NCBI GenBank assembly: GCA_965248575.1
Contig: CBDFJQ010000002.1
Span: forward strand, 4,480,001 to 4,544,000
Length of the DNA: 64,000 nt
Origin: Planctomycetota bacterium
GTDB lineage: Bacteria; Planctomycetota; B15-G4
Reading direction: 5' to 3'
Shown here: piece after piece, positions 1 to 10,014 of the stretch
How the letters are laid out: each line of letters opens with the position of its first letter
Position numbering within the stretch: position 1 is the stretch's first letter
Position numbers and translations under genes: made by a program
Notes under the pieces: model-generated
What the model was told of the DNA's origin: nothing
What the model saw: the letters and a program-made list of their open reading frames with translations, nothing else
The model's database searches: none

Positions 1-1
1 T

Positions 2-562
2 CCCGAGCTTGCCCTGGAACAGGCCCGTGACGTGTTCTGGCGTCTGGGCTACGACGGCACCTCCTTGAACGAGCTCGAGTCGGCACTGGGGATCGGCCGC
101 AAGAGTCTCTACGACACGTTCGGGAGCAAACGGGAGCTGTACCTGCGTTCGCTCGAGCACTACACGGACACCGTGATCCAGAGGATCTGCGGCGGGCTGG
201 ACGACCCGCGGAACGCACCCCTGCAGAATCTGGAGCGGGTGCTCGGGCGGCTGCAACAACACCATGGCTCGCCCGACAGTCTCGGCTGCCTGCTGGGTGT
301 CGCCATGGCGCAGACCGACTCAGACGACCCGGAACTGACCGCACTCCTGCGCGGCTACCTGCGCCGACTCGAACGGGCTTTCCAGCGCACCGTCGAGGCT
401 GCCCAGAGTGAGGGCACGGTCGATGCCAGTGCTTCAGCGCGTGACGTGGCCCGCCAACTCGTCGCGCTGACGCAAGGCATGGCCCTGCTCGGTCGCGTCT
501 CCGACACGCGGACCCAGCAGCGCTCCATCGTACGAGCCGCCTTGCACGGCTTGAGGCCCTGA
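2..562 (+). CDS. TetR/AcrR family transcriptional regulator (5' partial, starts before window)
   Basis: Frame open from base 2 (PELALEQARDVFWRLGYDGTSLNELESALGIGRKSLYDTFGSKREL) = TetR HTH; C-terminal GCLL motif; directly upstream of a serine hydrolase. Confidence 0.9.
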   Translation, partial: PELALEQARDVFWRLGYDGTSLNELESALGIGRKSLYDTFGSKRELYLRSLEHYTDTVIQRICGGLDDPRNAPLQNLERVLGRLQQHHGSPDSLGCLLGVAMAQTDSDDPELTALLRGYLRRLERAFQRTVEAAQSEGTVDASASARDVARQLVALTQGMALLGRVSDTRTQQRSIVRAALHGLRP

Positions 563-626
563 CCATCGCCGGTTCGAGCATCTTCCCTTCCCGACCCTTT
601 CCTGCCCCTCTTGACGATTGCCCGCA

Positions 627-2762
627 ATGACCTTCCTCGCCACCGCCTTCGGACTGCTCGCAGCCCTGCCCTTTGCCGCTCCCGCGGTCGTCCTGGAGCC
701 GGCGCCACCCGGCGATCACTTCCTGCCCTCCAGCGCATCGGAAGAAGGCATCTCACGGAGAGGTCTCGCCGACCTGGGGGCGCTCGTGCAGTCCTTCGTG
801 GAGGACGGCGAGGTCGTCGGCGCCGAGTTGCTGGTCATCAAGAACGGTCGCTCGATCCTGCACGAGGCGTACGGCCTGAGCGACAAGCAGGCCGGCGTCC
901 CCATGGAGATCGGGAGCGTGTTCTGCGTGCGCTCGATGACCAAGCCGTTGATCGGGACGTCGATCCGGATGCTGATCGAGGCTGGCCTGATCGAGCTCGA
1001 TGACCCGATCTTCGAGCACCTGCCAGAGTTCGACGTGGAGGGCATGCGCGGCATCACCGTCGGGCACCTGCTCACACACACCAGCGGACTGGGCTTCTCC
1101 ATGATCGCCGCGTCCGATCCGCGTCAATTGGAGAGCGTTCGCGCCGTGGCCGCTCTCGGTGCGGGCTCGGAGCTCCAGTTCGAACCCGGCACGGGCTTCC
1201 AGTACAGCGACCAGGGCACCGACACGCTCACCGCGCTGATCGAGGCCGTCACCGACGTGCCCGCCGAGGACTTCGTCACCGCGCGTCTGCTGGTCCCCTT
1301 GGGCATGGAGGACAGCACCTGCCTCATGACGAAGGACCATCGTCTCAGGCAGCGCGCCGTCTCCAAGTACGCCGGATCGCGTGGGGCGTGGACGCGCTTC
1401 TGGAGTCCCGACGACGAGGCGCTGTTCCCCATCTTCCTCGGTTCCCAGGGCCTGTACTCTTCGCTCGAGGACTACGCGCGCTTCCTGGATTTGTGGATGA
1501 ACCAGGGGCTCGTCGGCGACAGGCAGCTGCTCTCGCTGCGCTCCATCGACGAGGCGCTCACCCCGAGCGCTCAACCGTTCCCCGGCTCCACCGGCCTGGG
1601 CCTGACACCCGGCTACGGATCCCTGATGCAGTTGTGGATGGAGCAGGGCGTCGAGGGCGGCGACCCAGCGCTCACCGCCTTCGGCCACAGCGGCTCCGAT
1701 GGGACTTACGCCTGGGCCTTCCCCGAGCAGGACGCCATGGTGCTCTACTTCACCCAGTCGCGGGGCAACCTCACGGGGCTCCAGGTGGAGGAGGCGCTCG
1801 CGAGCTTGTTCCTCGGAGCGACCTCCCTCGCGGACATGACCGTGCCGCCGCTCGAGGAATACCTGGGGTATTACCGGGAGGATGAAGGCGACATGTATCG
1901 CTCGATCGTGCGCGACGGCGACGACCTGGCACTCGAGGTCGTAGGACGTGCGGTCGCGACGCTGAGCTACGTCGGCGACGATGGCTGGAAGATCAAGCAA
2001 GAGCCTTCGACGATCCTGGACTTCGAACGTTCGGCCTCGGGCGAGGTGACGGGCTACCGCATCGGCGAGCATCGGGAGTTCCGCTTCGAGCCCGCGGACA
2101 CGCTGCCGACGGCCGAGGACATCTTGGTGATGGTCGGTCAGGCACACCGTCTGGACCTGGTGGAGTCCCTCGGGCCGGTCGGCTTCCGCAGCGAGCTGAA
2201 CATCGAATCCGTCGGCGTCGAGGGAGAGATCTCCAGCTGGATCGACTGGCCGAACCGCTCTCGCGTCGATGCGTCGGCGGCCGGCAACGTCGAGCGCATG
2301 TCCTTCGACGGAGAGGTCGTACGCTACGAGTCCACGATGCAGGCGCTCTCGACCCCGGAGGGCCCGCTCGCCGATTCGATCCGCCTGGACAACTCGTTCG
2401 CCCGCTTCGGGAACCTGCTCGAGTGGTATCCGGAGCTGCGAGCGATCCAGCAGCTCGAGGACACGGGCCGCAAGATCCTCCTGGTCCGGACAGGGGGCAC
2501 GTCCGCGGCGGCGTCGACGTTCTTCATCGAGGCCGAGACGGGTCAGGTGCGGCGTATCGCTGCGTTCCCATTCATGGCGGGGCTCGGGCGCGTGGGGGTG
2601 AGCACGTCCTTCGGTGATTTCCGCGACGTCTCGGGGATGCTGCTGCCGTTCCGCACCGAGAGCGCGGTGGCCAACCCGTTCATCGGGACCATCGCGATCA
2701 CCGTCACCGGGATCGAGGTCGGCGTCGAACTCCCCGCGGGTGGCTTCGAGTTGAACGACTGA
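627..2762 (+). CDS. Secreted serine hydrolase, beta-lactamase (class C/PBP-like) family with C-terminal extension
   Basis: Signal peptide; SMTK (SxxK), LLTHTSG, FQYSD, FGHSG motifs; about 300 aa of extra C-terminal domains. Confidence 0.85.
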   Translation: MTFLATAFGLLAALPFAAPAVVLEPAPPGDHFLPSSASEEGISRRGLADLGALVQSFVEDGEVVGAELLVIKNGRSILHEAYGLSDKQAGVPMEIGSVFCVRSMTKPLIGTSIRMLIEAGLIELDDPIFEHLPEFDVEGMRGITVGHLLTHTSGLGFSMIAASDPRQLESVRAVAALGAGSELQFEPGTGFQYSDQGTDTLTALIEAVTDVPAEDFVTARLLVPLGMEDSTCLMTKDHRLRQRAVSKYAGSRGAWTRFWSPDDEALFPIFLGSQGLYSSLEDYARFLDLWMNQGLVGDRQLLSLRSIDEALTPSAQPFPGSTGLGLTPGYGSLMQLWMEQGVEGGDPALTAFGHSGSDGTYAWAFPEQDAMVLYFTQSRGNLTGLQVEEALASLFLGATSLADMTVPPLEEYLGYYREDEGDMYRSIVRDGDDLALEVVGRAVATLSYVGDDGWKIKQEPSTILDFERSASGEVTGYRIGEHREFRFEPADTLPTAEDILVMVGQAHRLDLVESLGPVGFRSELNIESVGVEGEISSWIDWPNRSRVDASAAGNVERMSFDGEVVRYESTMQALSTPEGPLADSIRLDNSFARFGNLLEWYPELRAIQQLEDTGRKILLVRTGGTSAAASTFFIEAETGQVRRIAAFPFMAGLGRVGVSTSFGDFRDVSGMLLPFRTESAVANPFIGTIAITVTGIEVGVELPAGGFELND

Positions 2763-2890
2763 GTCCGCGTAGGGAACCGGGGCAGATCATCCCGGGCTCG
2801 ATGGTCGGCGACCTGGCGAGCGTGCTGGAGATCGACGTGGACTCGTCGCGATCGGCCCCGGCCTGTCAGGGAGTGCGTCCGGGCTCGTTC

Positions 2891-4771
2891 TCAGAGCGGC
2901 GCGCTGAGGGCGGGTGCGCCGAGTTGGACCCAGTACAGGCCCGTGTAGACGAACTGGATCGTCGAGAAGGTGATCTGTTCGACGCTGAAGGGGCCGGCGC
3001 GCTTGAAGATGGGGTCGAAGGAGACGGTGAAGTTGTCGAGGCCCTGGAAGATGATGAGGTTGAGCACGGCCCCGGGCGGCGCGTTGACGGGAGGCTGAAC
3101 CACGATGTTGTTCGGCAGGGTGTGGAGCACCGTCAGCCCCAGTCTGCAGTCGATCGACAGTGAAGTGCCCTGCGCCTGCACCGTCTGCATGCCATCGACG
3201 AAGCCTCCGGAGACGGACAGCATGCCCGGGGCGCCCCGGTCGAGGACCACGTCTGCGCTTCCCGTGCCGGGGTCGGCGAACGAGATGCTCTGGTTCGTCA
3301 GCACCGTGTCTCCAAACTGGCGGTAGGTCGTCTGGGTCCCTTGCGCAAAGACGAAGCGGGTGTCTCCCGTGCCGAAGTTGAGATTGAAGATGTTGTTGTC
3401 GAGGTCGGCGTTGCGCAGTCCAGGCCCGCCGACAATGGCCGTGAAGGGTCCCTGGAGACCCGAGCCGAACTGGTTGTGCTCGATGATCGCGTTGTCGACG
3501 CCCTGCGGGCCGTCGAGCCGGATGAAATGATCATCGGGTTGAGGGACGCCGAACTGCAAGACACGGCTGAACTCGTTCCGTACGAGGGTCAGGTTGGCGG
3601 CGCGATCCGCGTAGACGGAATACGGGCGGTTGCCTTCAAAGGCACAGCCCTCGATCAGATTTCCGTAGGGGGTGAAGCCCGTGATGCCGGTGACGTGAAT
3701 GCCACCGTTCGAGTTCGGACCGTTCCCGTTGTACGCGAGGATCGAGTTGGTCAGCTTCATCTGCTCGGAGGCGGCGTAGATGCCGCCCTCGGCGTTGAGC
3801 TCGACGTCGAGTTGATCCATGGTCACGTTGTAGGGCAGTTCGTTGCTGACCGAATTCAGACGGATCCCGTAGCCGCCGTTTTGGGAGATGAGCGACCGCT
3901 CGATGGTCCAGGTCTTGGGCGTGGCGAAGTCATTCAGCTCGGCGAGCAGCAGGATCCCGTCACCCGCGTGATCGGACACGCGGCAGTCGGCGATCCGTCC
4001 GATCCAGATATCCCGGCCCTCGATTCCGGACGACCCGGTTCCCGTCGAGCTGGTCAACTCCAGCCCCTCCACGGTGAGGAACCACGCGAAGTCAGACGCT
4101 GGGTTCCCGGTGCGGAAAGAGAAGGACGGCTCACCGGCTGATTGGTTGTCGATCACCGTGCGTCCCGGTCCGGCGCCGCGAACGGTCAGGGCGCGGCCAT
4201 CGAAGCCACTCTCGCTGAACAGGAACTCCACCTTTGCGTCGAAGACGTAGGTGCCCGCCGGCAAGAAGAGCTCGGCGCCACACTCGGCCGCCGCGTCGAG
4301 CGCCTTTTGCACGCTCTCATCCGTGTTGCCTCCCCACCACTGGGGCACGACCCGTGAGACGCTGCCTGGAGCGAAGTGAACCTCACCGGCGCCGCCGGTG
4401 TCCGTGAACACGCGGGCTTGGGAGGCGAGGAAGGCGCCGTTCACGTCCAGCGTCTGGCCGCCGAGGTCGATCGTGCCACCACCGAAGTGGACGAGGCTGA
4501 TGTCGGCCGGGACCGTCACGTCGTCTCCGAGCGTGTCGTCCGTGTCGAGCAACAGGACTGCCGGTTGCGAGCCGATGAGGGCGATCGCCTGGTGCAGGCG
4601 TCCCATTCCGGCATCGCCGAATTCACTGAGCTGGTAGTGGTCGCTGGCGACGGGTGCCGCCAGCGCAAGCCCCCGCGTTCCGTACTGGACCGACTGGATC
4701 GCGCCGAGAGGAGCAGAGGAGAGAGCGCCAAGAACTACGGCGAGGGTGAGGGACCAACGCTGGAACTGCAT
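2891..4771 (-). CDS. Secreted right-handed beta-helix protein (pectate-lyase-3/tailspike-like)
   Basis: Signal peptide; SVQKALDAAAECGAELFLPAGTY and GAGPGRTVID; Asn/Gly-rich beta-helix repeats; tail-fibre-like C-terminus. Confidence 0.7.
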   Translation of the reverse strand: MQFQRWSLTLAVVLGALSSAPLGAIQSVQYGTRGLALAAPVASDHYQLSEFGDAGMGRLHQAIALIGSQPAVLLLDTDDTLGDDVTVPADISLVHFGGGTIDLGGQTLDVNGAFLASQARVFTDTGGAGEVHFAPGSVSRVVPQWWGGNTDESVQKALDAAAECGAELFLPAGTYVFDAKVEFLFSESGFDGRALTVRGAGPGRTVIDNQSAGEPSFSFRTGNPASDFAWFLTVEGLELTSSTGTGSSGIEGRDIWIGRIADCRVSDHAGDGILLLAELNDFATPKTWTIERSLISQNGGYGIRLNSVSNELPYNVTMDQLDVELNAEGGIYAASEQMKLTNSILAYNGNGPNSNGGIHVTGITGFTPYGNLIEGCAFEGNRPYSVYADRAANLTLVRNEFSRVLQFGVPQPDDHFIRLDGPQGVDNAIIEHNQFGSGLQGPFTAIVGGPGLRNADLDNNIFNLNFGTGDTRFVFAQGTQTTYRQFGDTVLTNQSISFADPGTGSADVVLDRGAPGMLSVSGGFVDGMQTVQAQGTSLSIDCRLGLTVLHTLPNNIVVQPPVNAPPGAVLNLIIFQGLDNFTVSFDPIFKRAGPFSVEQITFSTIQFVYTGLYWVQLGAPALSAPL

Positions 4772-5080
4772 GGTGAGGCTCTTGGCTGGGGTCACCCAGG
4801 CTACAGCACTTCACGATTCCCGAATCGGGCGCTCCGTACTTGCCGAGAGAGATAGCGACCCTCTTGTCTGCTGAGGGTGACCAGGTCGAAGCCAGGCGGC
4901 ACGACGCGCGTGGGGAAGCGCGCGATCGTGGGGGGGGGCGTGAACCCGCGCAGGTCAGGTGTTCGCGCGGTCGAGCCCGGCACGTGAGGGGCCTTGAATC
5001 CATGAACGTGGCAGAAGCAGGGGTAGTCCCCCAGGGCAAGATCCCTGGTCCGCAACAGCGGGTTAGGATGACCAATAAAC

Positions 5081-5096
5081 GCAACCAAATGGTTGC
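5081..5096. promoter_or_regulatory. Palindromic operator GCAACCA-AA-TGGTTGC, likely for the ArsR-family repressor
   Basis: Perfect 7-bp inverted repeat about 50 bp upstream of the SRPBCC-ArsR operon. Confidence 0.6.
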
Positions 5097-5144
5097 AGTT
5101 GGAGGGATCAGCGCCTACTGTAAGCGCGACTAGGAGGTTGCGTC

Positions 5145-5606
5145 ATGAGCATTCACGAAGAGCAGGACCGGATTGAAAAGGTTGTCGATCTTGCAGCGCC
5201 GGTCGCGCGCGTTTGGCGGGCCATTACAGATCACACGGAATTTGGAGAGTGGTTTCGAGTTCGACTCGATAACCCGTTCAAAGTCGGGGCGACAACCACC
5301 GGGAATATCACCTACCCGGGCTACGAACATATGAAATGGGTGTCGGTGACCGAGCAAATGGATCACGAGCGCTTGTTTGCCTTTTCCTGGCCCCCAAGTT
5401 CTATTGACCCTGACACGGAGTACGACAAGGAAGCGAAAGTACGGGTCGAGTTTCGGCTAGAGCCCACCGAAGGGGGCACACGCCTCACCATTACCGAAAC
5501 GGGCTTTCTACAATTCCCAGAATCAAAACGGCTGGAAGTGCTGCGTTCGAACACAGAAGGATGGGACATTCAGGCCAAGAACGTTGCCGCCCATGTGGAA
5601 CGCTAG
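5145..5606 (+). CDS. SRPBCC (AHSA1/START-like) family protein
   Basis: IEKVVDLAAPVARVWRAITD...FGEWF...GGTRLTITETGF...GW pattern; AGGAGG RBS. Confidence 0.9.
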   Translation: MSIHEEQDRIEKVVDLAAPVARVWRAITDHTEFGEWFRVRLDNPFKVGATTTGNITYPGYEHMKWVSVTEQMDHERLFAFSWPPSSIDPDTEYDKEAKVRVEFRLEPTEGGTRLTITETGFLQFPESKRLEVLRSNTEGWDIQAKNVAAHVER

Positions 5607-5922
5607 CGACGCCCTTGGTTCTGCCCCCGTGTTGGCAGCTCTTGGCGACATGACCCGCCTCGAGCTTGTTTCTCGCCTCAGTGACGGGAAGCAGCACTCT
5701 ATTGTGCAGCTCGCGGACGGTCTTGATCTGACGCGCCAGGGCGTCACCAAGCATCTGCATGTACTGAAACAAGCCGGCATTGTCTCATGCAAGCGTATCG
5801 GCAGGGAAAGCCGGTTTACCATCCGGCCCGATCCTATCGCGAAGGCCAGGGACTACCTGACCCGCGCTTCTGCGCAGTGGGACGAGGCGATCGAGCGATT
5901 GAGAGCATCCGTCGAGGAATGA
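5584..5922 (+). CDS. ArsR/SmtB family transcriptional regulator
   Basis: AALGDMTRLELV...TRQGVTKHLHVLKQAGIV...GRE; overlaps the SRPBCC stop; start uncertain. Confidence 0.9.
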   Translation: MPPMWNASDALGSAPVLAALGDMTRLELVSRLSDGKQHSIVQLADGLDLTRQGVTKHLHVLKQAGIVSCKRIGRESRFTIRPDPIAKARDYLTRASAQWDEAIERLRASVEE

Positions 5923-5926
5923 TGCA

Positions 5927-6003
5927 GCAGACAAGAGTTAAACTTGCTGCTGCGCGTCACTCGTGCCTTGGCCGCGAGCAGAGCTCCCAGATGCGTTGTC
6001 CGC
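5927..6003 (+). mobile_element. Degenerate attC-like imperfect palindrome
   Basis: GCAGACAAG...CTTGCTGCTGCGCG...CGCGAGCAGAGC...GTTGTCCGC immediately after the ArsR stop. Confidence 0.3.
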
Positions 6004-6133
6004 AAGGGTGTCGTAGGCCTTCTTCGTCGAGGCTCGCTTCACCAGAATCCCAACTTGGGCAAGTTGTTGCAGGCGGCGTTGAAGCGTCCGTGTGTGGGGA
6101 GCGCAGGGTCCGAGCGGCATGCCCACACCGCTT

Positions 6134-7396
6134 TCAGAAGACGTCGGACAGCAGCACGATCTCATGGGCGTTGCTGGAGGTGAGCCCACTGAGCACGCCG
6201 TCGAAAAACGCCTGCGTGTGGACAGGGAATCCATCCAGCGCCGCAGGGACGAAGGGCGCGGTGATGGACACGTTGAGGGACGGCCCTGGGAGCGTGCCCA
6301 GGAACCGTAGCTTGAGCGGGACACCTGGGACGATCAGCATGTTCTGACCCGGGACGAAGACGGGTGCCGTCACGAATGAGAGTGCCAACCAGGCCTGATC
6401 TCCCGTGCGCGCGGTGACTGTGAGGTTGAGAAGCTGTCCCTCCCGGATGGGTGAATTCGCCGTGAGCAGGCGTGCGCCCCCCGGCACCACCGTTCCCGCT
6501 CCGGACACGAGGTCAAGCGATTGCCCGACGGGGCCATTGAAGCACCCCCCGATACCTGCATTGCCGCCGGGGCCCCCGAAGATGTTGGAGTCCCTGCTCA
6601 CGATTCGGGAGTCCGGGCCCGTCACCACCATCCCCACGCCGCCGGGGCCGCCATTCGTGCAGACGGGGGAGTTGGTCCCGCGTCCTCCCTTCCCACCCCG
6701 CACTTCCCCCTTGTCGAGGAAGAGCCGAGAATCCACGACCAAGATCGCCACCCCGCCTGGTCCGCCCGGGTCCGGCGGCCCGAACACCGCCAAGGGCATG
6801 TTCTTGCCGAGGGCGCCGTCCACCTGTGAGTTGTGGAAGAAAACCTCTGAGCCTTCGAGGCGCATCGATGGTCCGGGGAACAAGGCCTTGGATCCACCCA
6901 GCACGGTGCACGTCATGAGGCTCAAGACGTTGCCCGGCTCCGTACTCACGGCCGGTACCGGTGCCTGCAGCGACATGAAGGTGGAATCGCGCACGAAGAC
7001 CGCACCCTCGTTCGACCGCAGCTCGAGTCGTGACTCGACGAAGTCGAGGGTGCCCGGTTGGAGCGTGGGAATGAAACCGATCAGGGTTGCCGTACTGCCC
7101 GGCGGCAGACCTTCCACGACGAGGGAGCCCGACAACTGGATCTTCGCCCCGCTCTCGGCGGTGATGACCAGGCCCTTGCCCAGCGTGAAGCCCGAGTAGA
7201 TCCCGTCGCGCACCAACAGGATGTCGCCCTGTGCTGCCGAGGCAATCGCGGCGGGCAGGTCGGTGAAGTCTGAACCCGCAAGTCCCGCTGCGTCGACCAC
7301 GAGGACGTCCGCCCGCGCCGTGGAACCGACGCAGCAGCAGATGACAAGGGCGGTTGCCACGAACCGCAGCCAAGAGATGACGATGGATGACTTCAT
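6134..7396 (-). CDS. Secreted Gly-rich beta-helix-like protein with conserved C-terminal domain
   Basis: Signal peptide; ADVLVVDAAG..DFTDLPAAIASAAQGDILLVRDGIY N-terminus; GGxGG repeats; ends QAFF..SNAHEIVLLSDVF. Confidence 0.7.
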   Translation of the reverse strand: MKSSIVISWLRFVATALVICCCVGSTARADVLVVDAAGLAGSDFTDLPAAIASAAQGDILLVRDGIYSGFTLGKGLVITAESGAKIQLSGSLVVEGLPPGSTATLIGFIPTLQPGTLDFVESRLELRSNEGAVFVRDSTFMSLQAPVPAVSTEPGNVLSLMTCTVLGGSKALFPGPSMRLEGSEVFFHNSQVDGALGKNMPLAVFGPPDPGGPGGVAILVVDSRLFLDKGEVRGGKGGRGTNSPVCTNGGPGGVGMVVTGPDSRIVSRDSNIFGGPGGNAGIGGCFNGPVGQSLDLVSGAGTVVPGGARLLTANSPIREGQLLNLTVTARTGDQAWLALSFVTAPVFVPGQNMLIVPGVPLKLRFLGTLPGPSLNVSITAPFVPAALDGFPVHTQAFFDGVLSGLTSSNAHEIVLLSDVF

Positions 7397-7518
7397 GTGG
7401 ATCTCCCTTTGCCGGTTGGCCCTGGGCTGCTGGACCGCTGACCAGATCGGCTCTTACTCTACCCGGCATCAGGGATCGTGGGGGTCTTCCGTCCGGCCTT
7501 GGGGACCGACCTGGACGG

Positions 7519-10014
7519 CTAGCGACCCGCGCCGGCCAGCGACTCGATGGCGGTGTCGCACTCGCCCAGCTCACCCCGTAGCTCGTCGGGCACACCGGCA
7601 TCCGCGGGCAGCAGGAAACCGCGCGCCTCCATCGACACGAAGACGTCCAGCGAACGCTTCAGCCACGTGCGCGTCGACCTCCATCCGGCGAGGCGATCCG
7701 CATCGGGCAGCGCCTGATTGGTCACGCGCGTACGCTCCCACTCGCCCTGCTTGTAGAGCGCGACGCCGAGCCTCCGCTGGTACGCACCGTTGGTCTCGTC
7801 CAGGGTCACCAGCTCCTCGGCCAGACCCAGGTAGCGGTCGAAACACCGCCGCGCCTGCTCCGGACGCGACGTCGCCAGGTACAGCTCGCCGAGCTTGTTG
7901 CACGCTCCCGACAAGGTCATGTGCGCCTGGGCGTTTTGCGGGTCGGCGGCCACGAGCGCCTCACCCGCGGTGACCGCCAGGCGGTGCTTCTCCAGGGCCT
8001 CGTCGGTCCGCCCGAGCTCGACCAGCAGCTCCCCGAAGCGCCCGGCACCCACCATGAGGTCGCGCTGCGCCACCGCGTTCGCGTGCTGCGCCGCGGGCTG
8101 TGCAAAGCTCAGGAAGCGCTGATAGTGATCGAGCGCCTCGTCGGTCCGGCCCAGCGAGACGTATACGCTCCCCAACTCCAGCAGTTGCACGGCGTGCGCA
8201 CGGCCCGGCTCCCACTCCCCCGGACGCCGCTCCGTCTCCGCGCGCGTCATCTCCTCCGTCCGCAGGTAGTGCTGCAAGGCTTGCTCGAGTTGCCCCTGCT
8301 CGACCAGCGTGTCCGCGATGCGCTCCACGCTCCTCACCTTCTCGTCCACCGTCGCGTCCGCGCACGAGAACACCAGCTGCTCTGCCTCGCGGTACGTCGC
8401 CAGCGCCTCGTCCAGTTGCCCGCGCCACAGCAGCACATCGCCCAGTCGCATCAGCGTGAGCGACCGGCTGCGCTGCAGTGAGCTGGATGGAGGAGGCAAC
8501 GACATGAGCCGGTCGATCAGCACCAGCGCTTGCTCGTAGCTGCGCTTCGCACCCTCCATGTCGCCCAGGTTCGGCAGGTTGGGTGCGCCCTGGATGTCCC
8601 CGATGGCCGCGTAGGCGCCGATCAGGTCGTCGAGCAGGACGGGGTCGTCACCGGCGTCGGCGGCCAGCTTGTCCAGGTACTCGACGCCGGACTCCACCAG
8701 CATCTCGCGCGCTGGCAGCGTCCCTGGCACGTTCCGCATGGCCGCCTCGATGTCGAAGATGAGGATGTGCGCCAGCTCCCGCACGTCGTCGAAGCGTTGC
8801 TCGGCCAGCTGCTGTTGCTCACGCGCCTCCATCCATTGCCACAGCGTCGTGCCGAAGCCGATCGCCAGCGTGACCAGCACCGCCGCGGCCAGTGTGACCA
8901 ACGTACGGTGGCGCCGCGTGAACTTGCGCAGCTGGTAGATGGTGCTGGGCGGATGGGCGGCGATGGGCTCGTCGCCGAGGAAGCGCCGCACGTCATCGGC
9001 CAGCGCACGGGCCGATGCGTAGCGCCGTGCCTTCTCCTTCTCGAGCGCCTTGCCGGCCAGCGTGCTCAGGTCGCCTTGGAAGAGCACGTCGAGCTGCCCG
9101 AGCGGCCGGGCGTCCTGTTCGCGGATGATGCGCGACGACTCGTGGACGGTCTGCCCGGCGAGGTCGTAGGGGAACTCGCCGGACAGCATCTCGAACAGGA
9201 TGACGCCCAGCGAATAGACGTCCGACCGCGGGTCGAGCGCGAGCGGGTTGCCAGAGGCCTGCTCCGGGCTCATGTACTCGATGGTCCCCACCAGCTCGCC
9301 TGCGTTCGTGCGCAGCGTGTCGCCCTGGAGGTTGGCGTCGGTGGCGCGCGCGACGCCGAAGTCCACGATGCGCGGCTGCGGTCCGGCGTCGGTGCTCTCG
9401 ACCAGGATGTTGCTGGGCTTCAGATCGCGATGGATGACACCGTGGCGGTGCGCGTGCTCCACGGCATCGCAGATCGCCGCGAACAGCCGCAGCCGCCCAG
9501 GTACGTCCAGCCGGGCCGCTGCCACGAACTCGTTCAACGACTGGCCGTTGACCAGCTCCATGGCGATGAAGGGGACGCCGTCGTACAGACCCGCCTCGTA
9601 CACGCGCGCGATCCCCGGGTGGCGCAAGCGGCCCAGCAGCTCCGCCTCGCGTTCGAAGCGGCGCAGCAACCGCTCGTCGGCGAGACGCCAGCGCATGACC
9701 TTCAGCGCGACCTCCCGCTTCGGGTGATCCTGCTCGGCCCGGTACACGATTCCCATGCCGCCGTGACCGAGGGTGTCGACGATGGCGTAGGGGCCGATGC
9801 GCTCGGGTTGCCCTGAGGCGCCCGCGAGCCGGAAGCTGCTTCCCAGAGCAGGTTCGTCCAGCATGTCGTGTTGTGCGTGCTGCAACAGCTCCTCGACCTC
9901 GCGGCGCAAGTCCGGGTCGTGCGCGCAGGCCTCGTCCAGCCGAGTAGTCTGCGCTGCCGGATCCAAGCCGCGGACCTCGTGGAACAGGCGCTCGACGTCT
10001 TCGAATCGGCTCAC
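7519..10014 (-). CDS. Membrane Ser/Thr protein kinase with TPR region
   Basis: GHGGMG, VALK, HRDLKPSN, DFG, YMSPEQ, DVYSLG motifs; TM helix; TPR-like helices; GTG start overlaps the sigma stop (GTGA). Confidence 0.95.
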   Translation of the reverse strand: MSRFEDVERLFHEVRGLDPAAQTTRLDEACAHDPDLRREVEELLQHAQHDMLDEPALGSSFRLAGASGQPERIGPYAIVDTLGHGGMGIVYRAEQDHPKREVALKVMRWRLADERLLRRFEREAELLGRLRHPGIARVYEAGLYDGVPFIAMELVNGQSLNEFVAAARLDVPGRLRLFAAICDAVEHAHRHGVIHRDLKPSNILVESTDAGPQPRIVDFGVARATDANLQGDTLRTNAGELVGTIEYMSPEQASGNPLALDPRSDVYSLGVILFEMLSGEFPYDLAGQTVHESSRIIREQDARPLGQLDVLFQGDLSTLAGKALEKEKARRYASARALADDVRRFLGDEPIAAHPPSTIYQLRKFTRRHRTLVTLAAAVLVTLAIGFGTTLWQWMEAREQQQLAEQRFDDVRELAHILIFDIEAAMRNVPGTLPAREMLVESGVEYLDKLAADAGDDPVLLDDLIGAYAAIGDIQGAPNLPNLGDMEGAKRSYEQALVLIDRLMSLPPPSSSLQRSRSLTLMRLGDVLLWRGQLDEALATYREAEQLVFSCADATVDEKVRSVERIADTLVEQGQLEQALQHYLRTEEMTRAETERRPGEWEPGRAHAVQLLELGSVYVSLGRTDEALDHYQRFLSFAQPAAQHANAVAQRDLMVGAGRFGELLVELGRTDEALEKHRLAVTAGEALVAADPQNAQAHMTLSGACNKLGELYLATSRPEQARRCFDRYLGLAEELVTLDETNGAYQRRLGVALYKQGEWERTRVTNQALPDADRLAGWRSTRTWLKRSLDVFVSMEARGFLLPADAGVPDELRGELGECDTAIESLAGAGR

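Noticed and set aside
4801..5088. Minus ORF containing GDYPCFCHVH (cupredoxin-like fragment)
   Set aside because: Overlaps the operator, contains a G9 run and has no coherent domain; at most a relic
5995..6100. Minus-frame RTLQRRLQQLAQVGILVKRAST (wHTH-like tail)
   Set aside because: Too short and lacks its own start; likely a gene remnant that cannot be assigned
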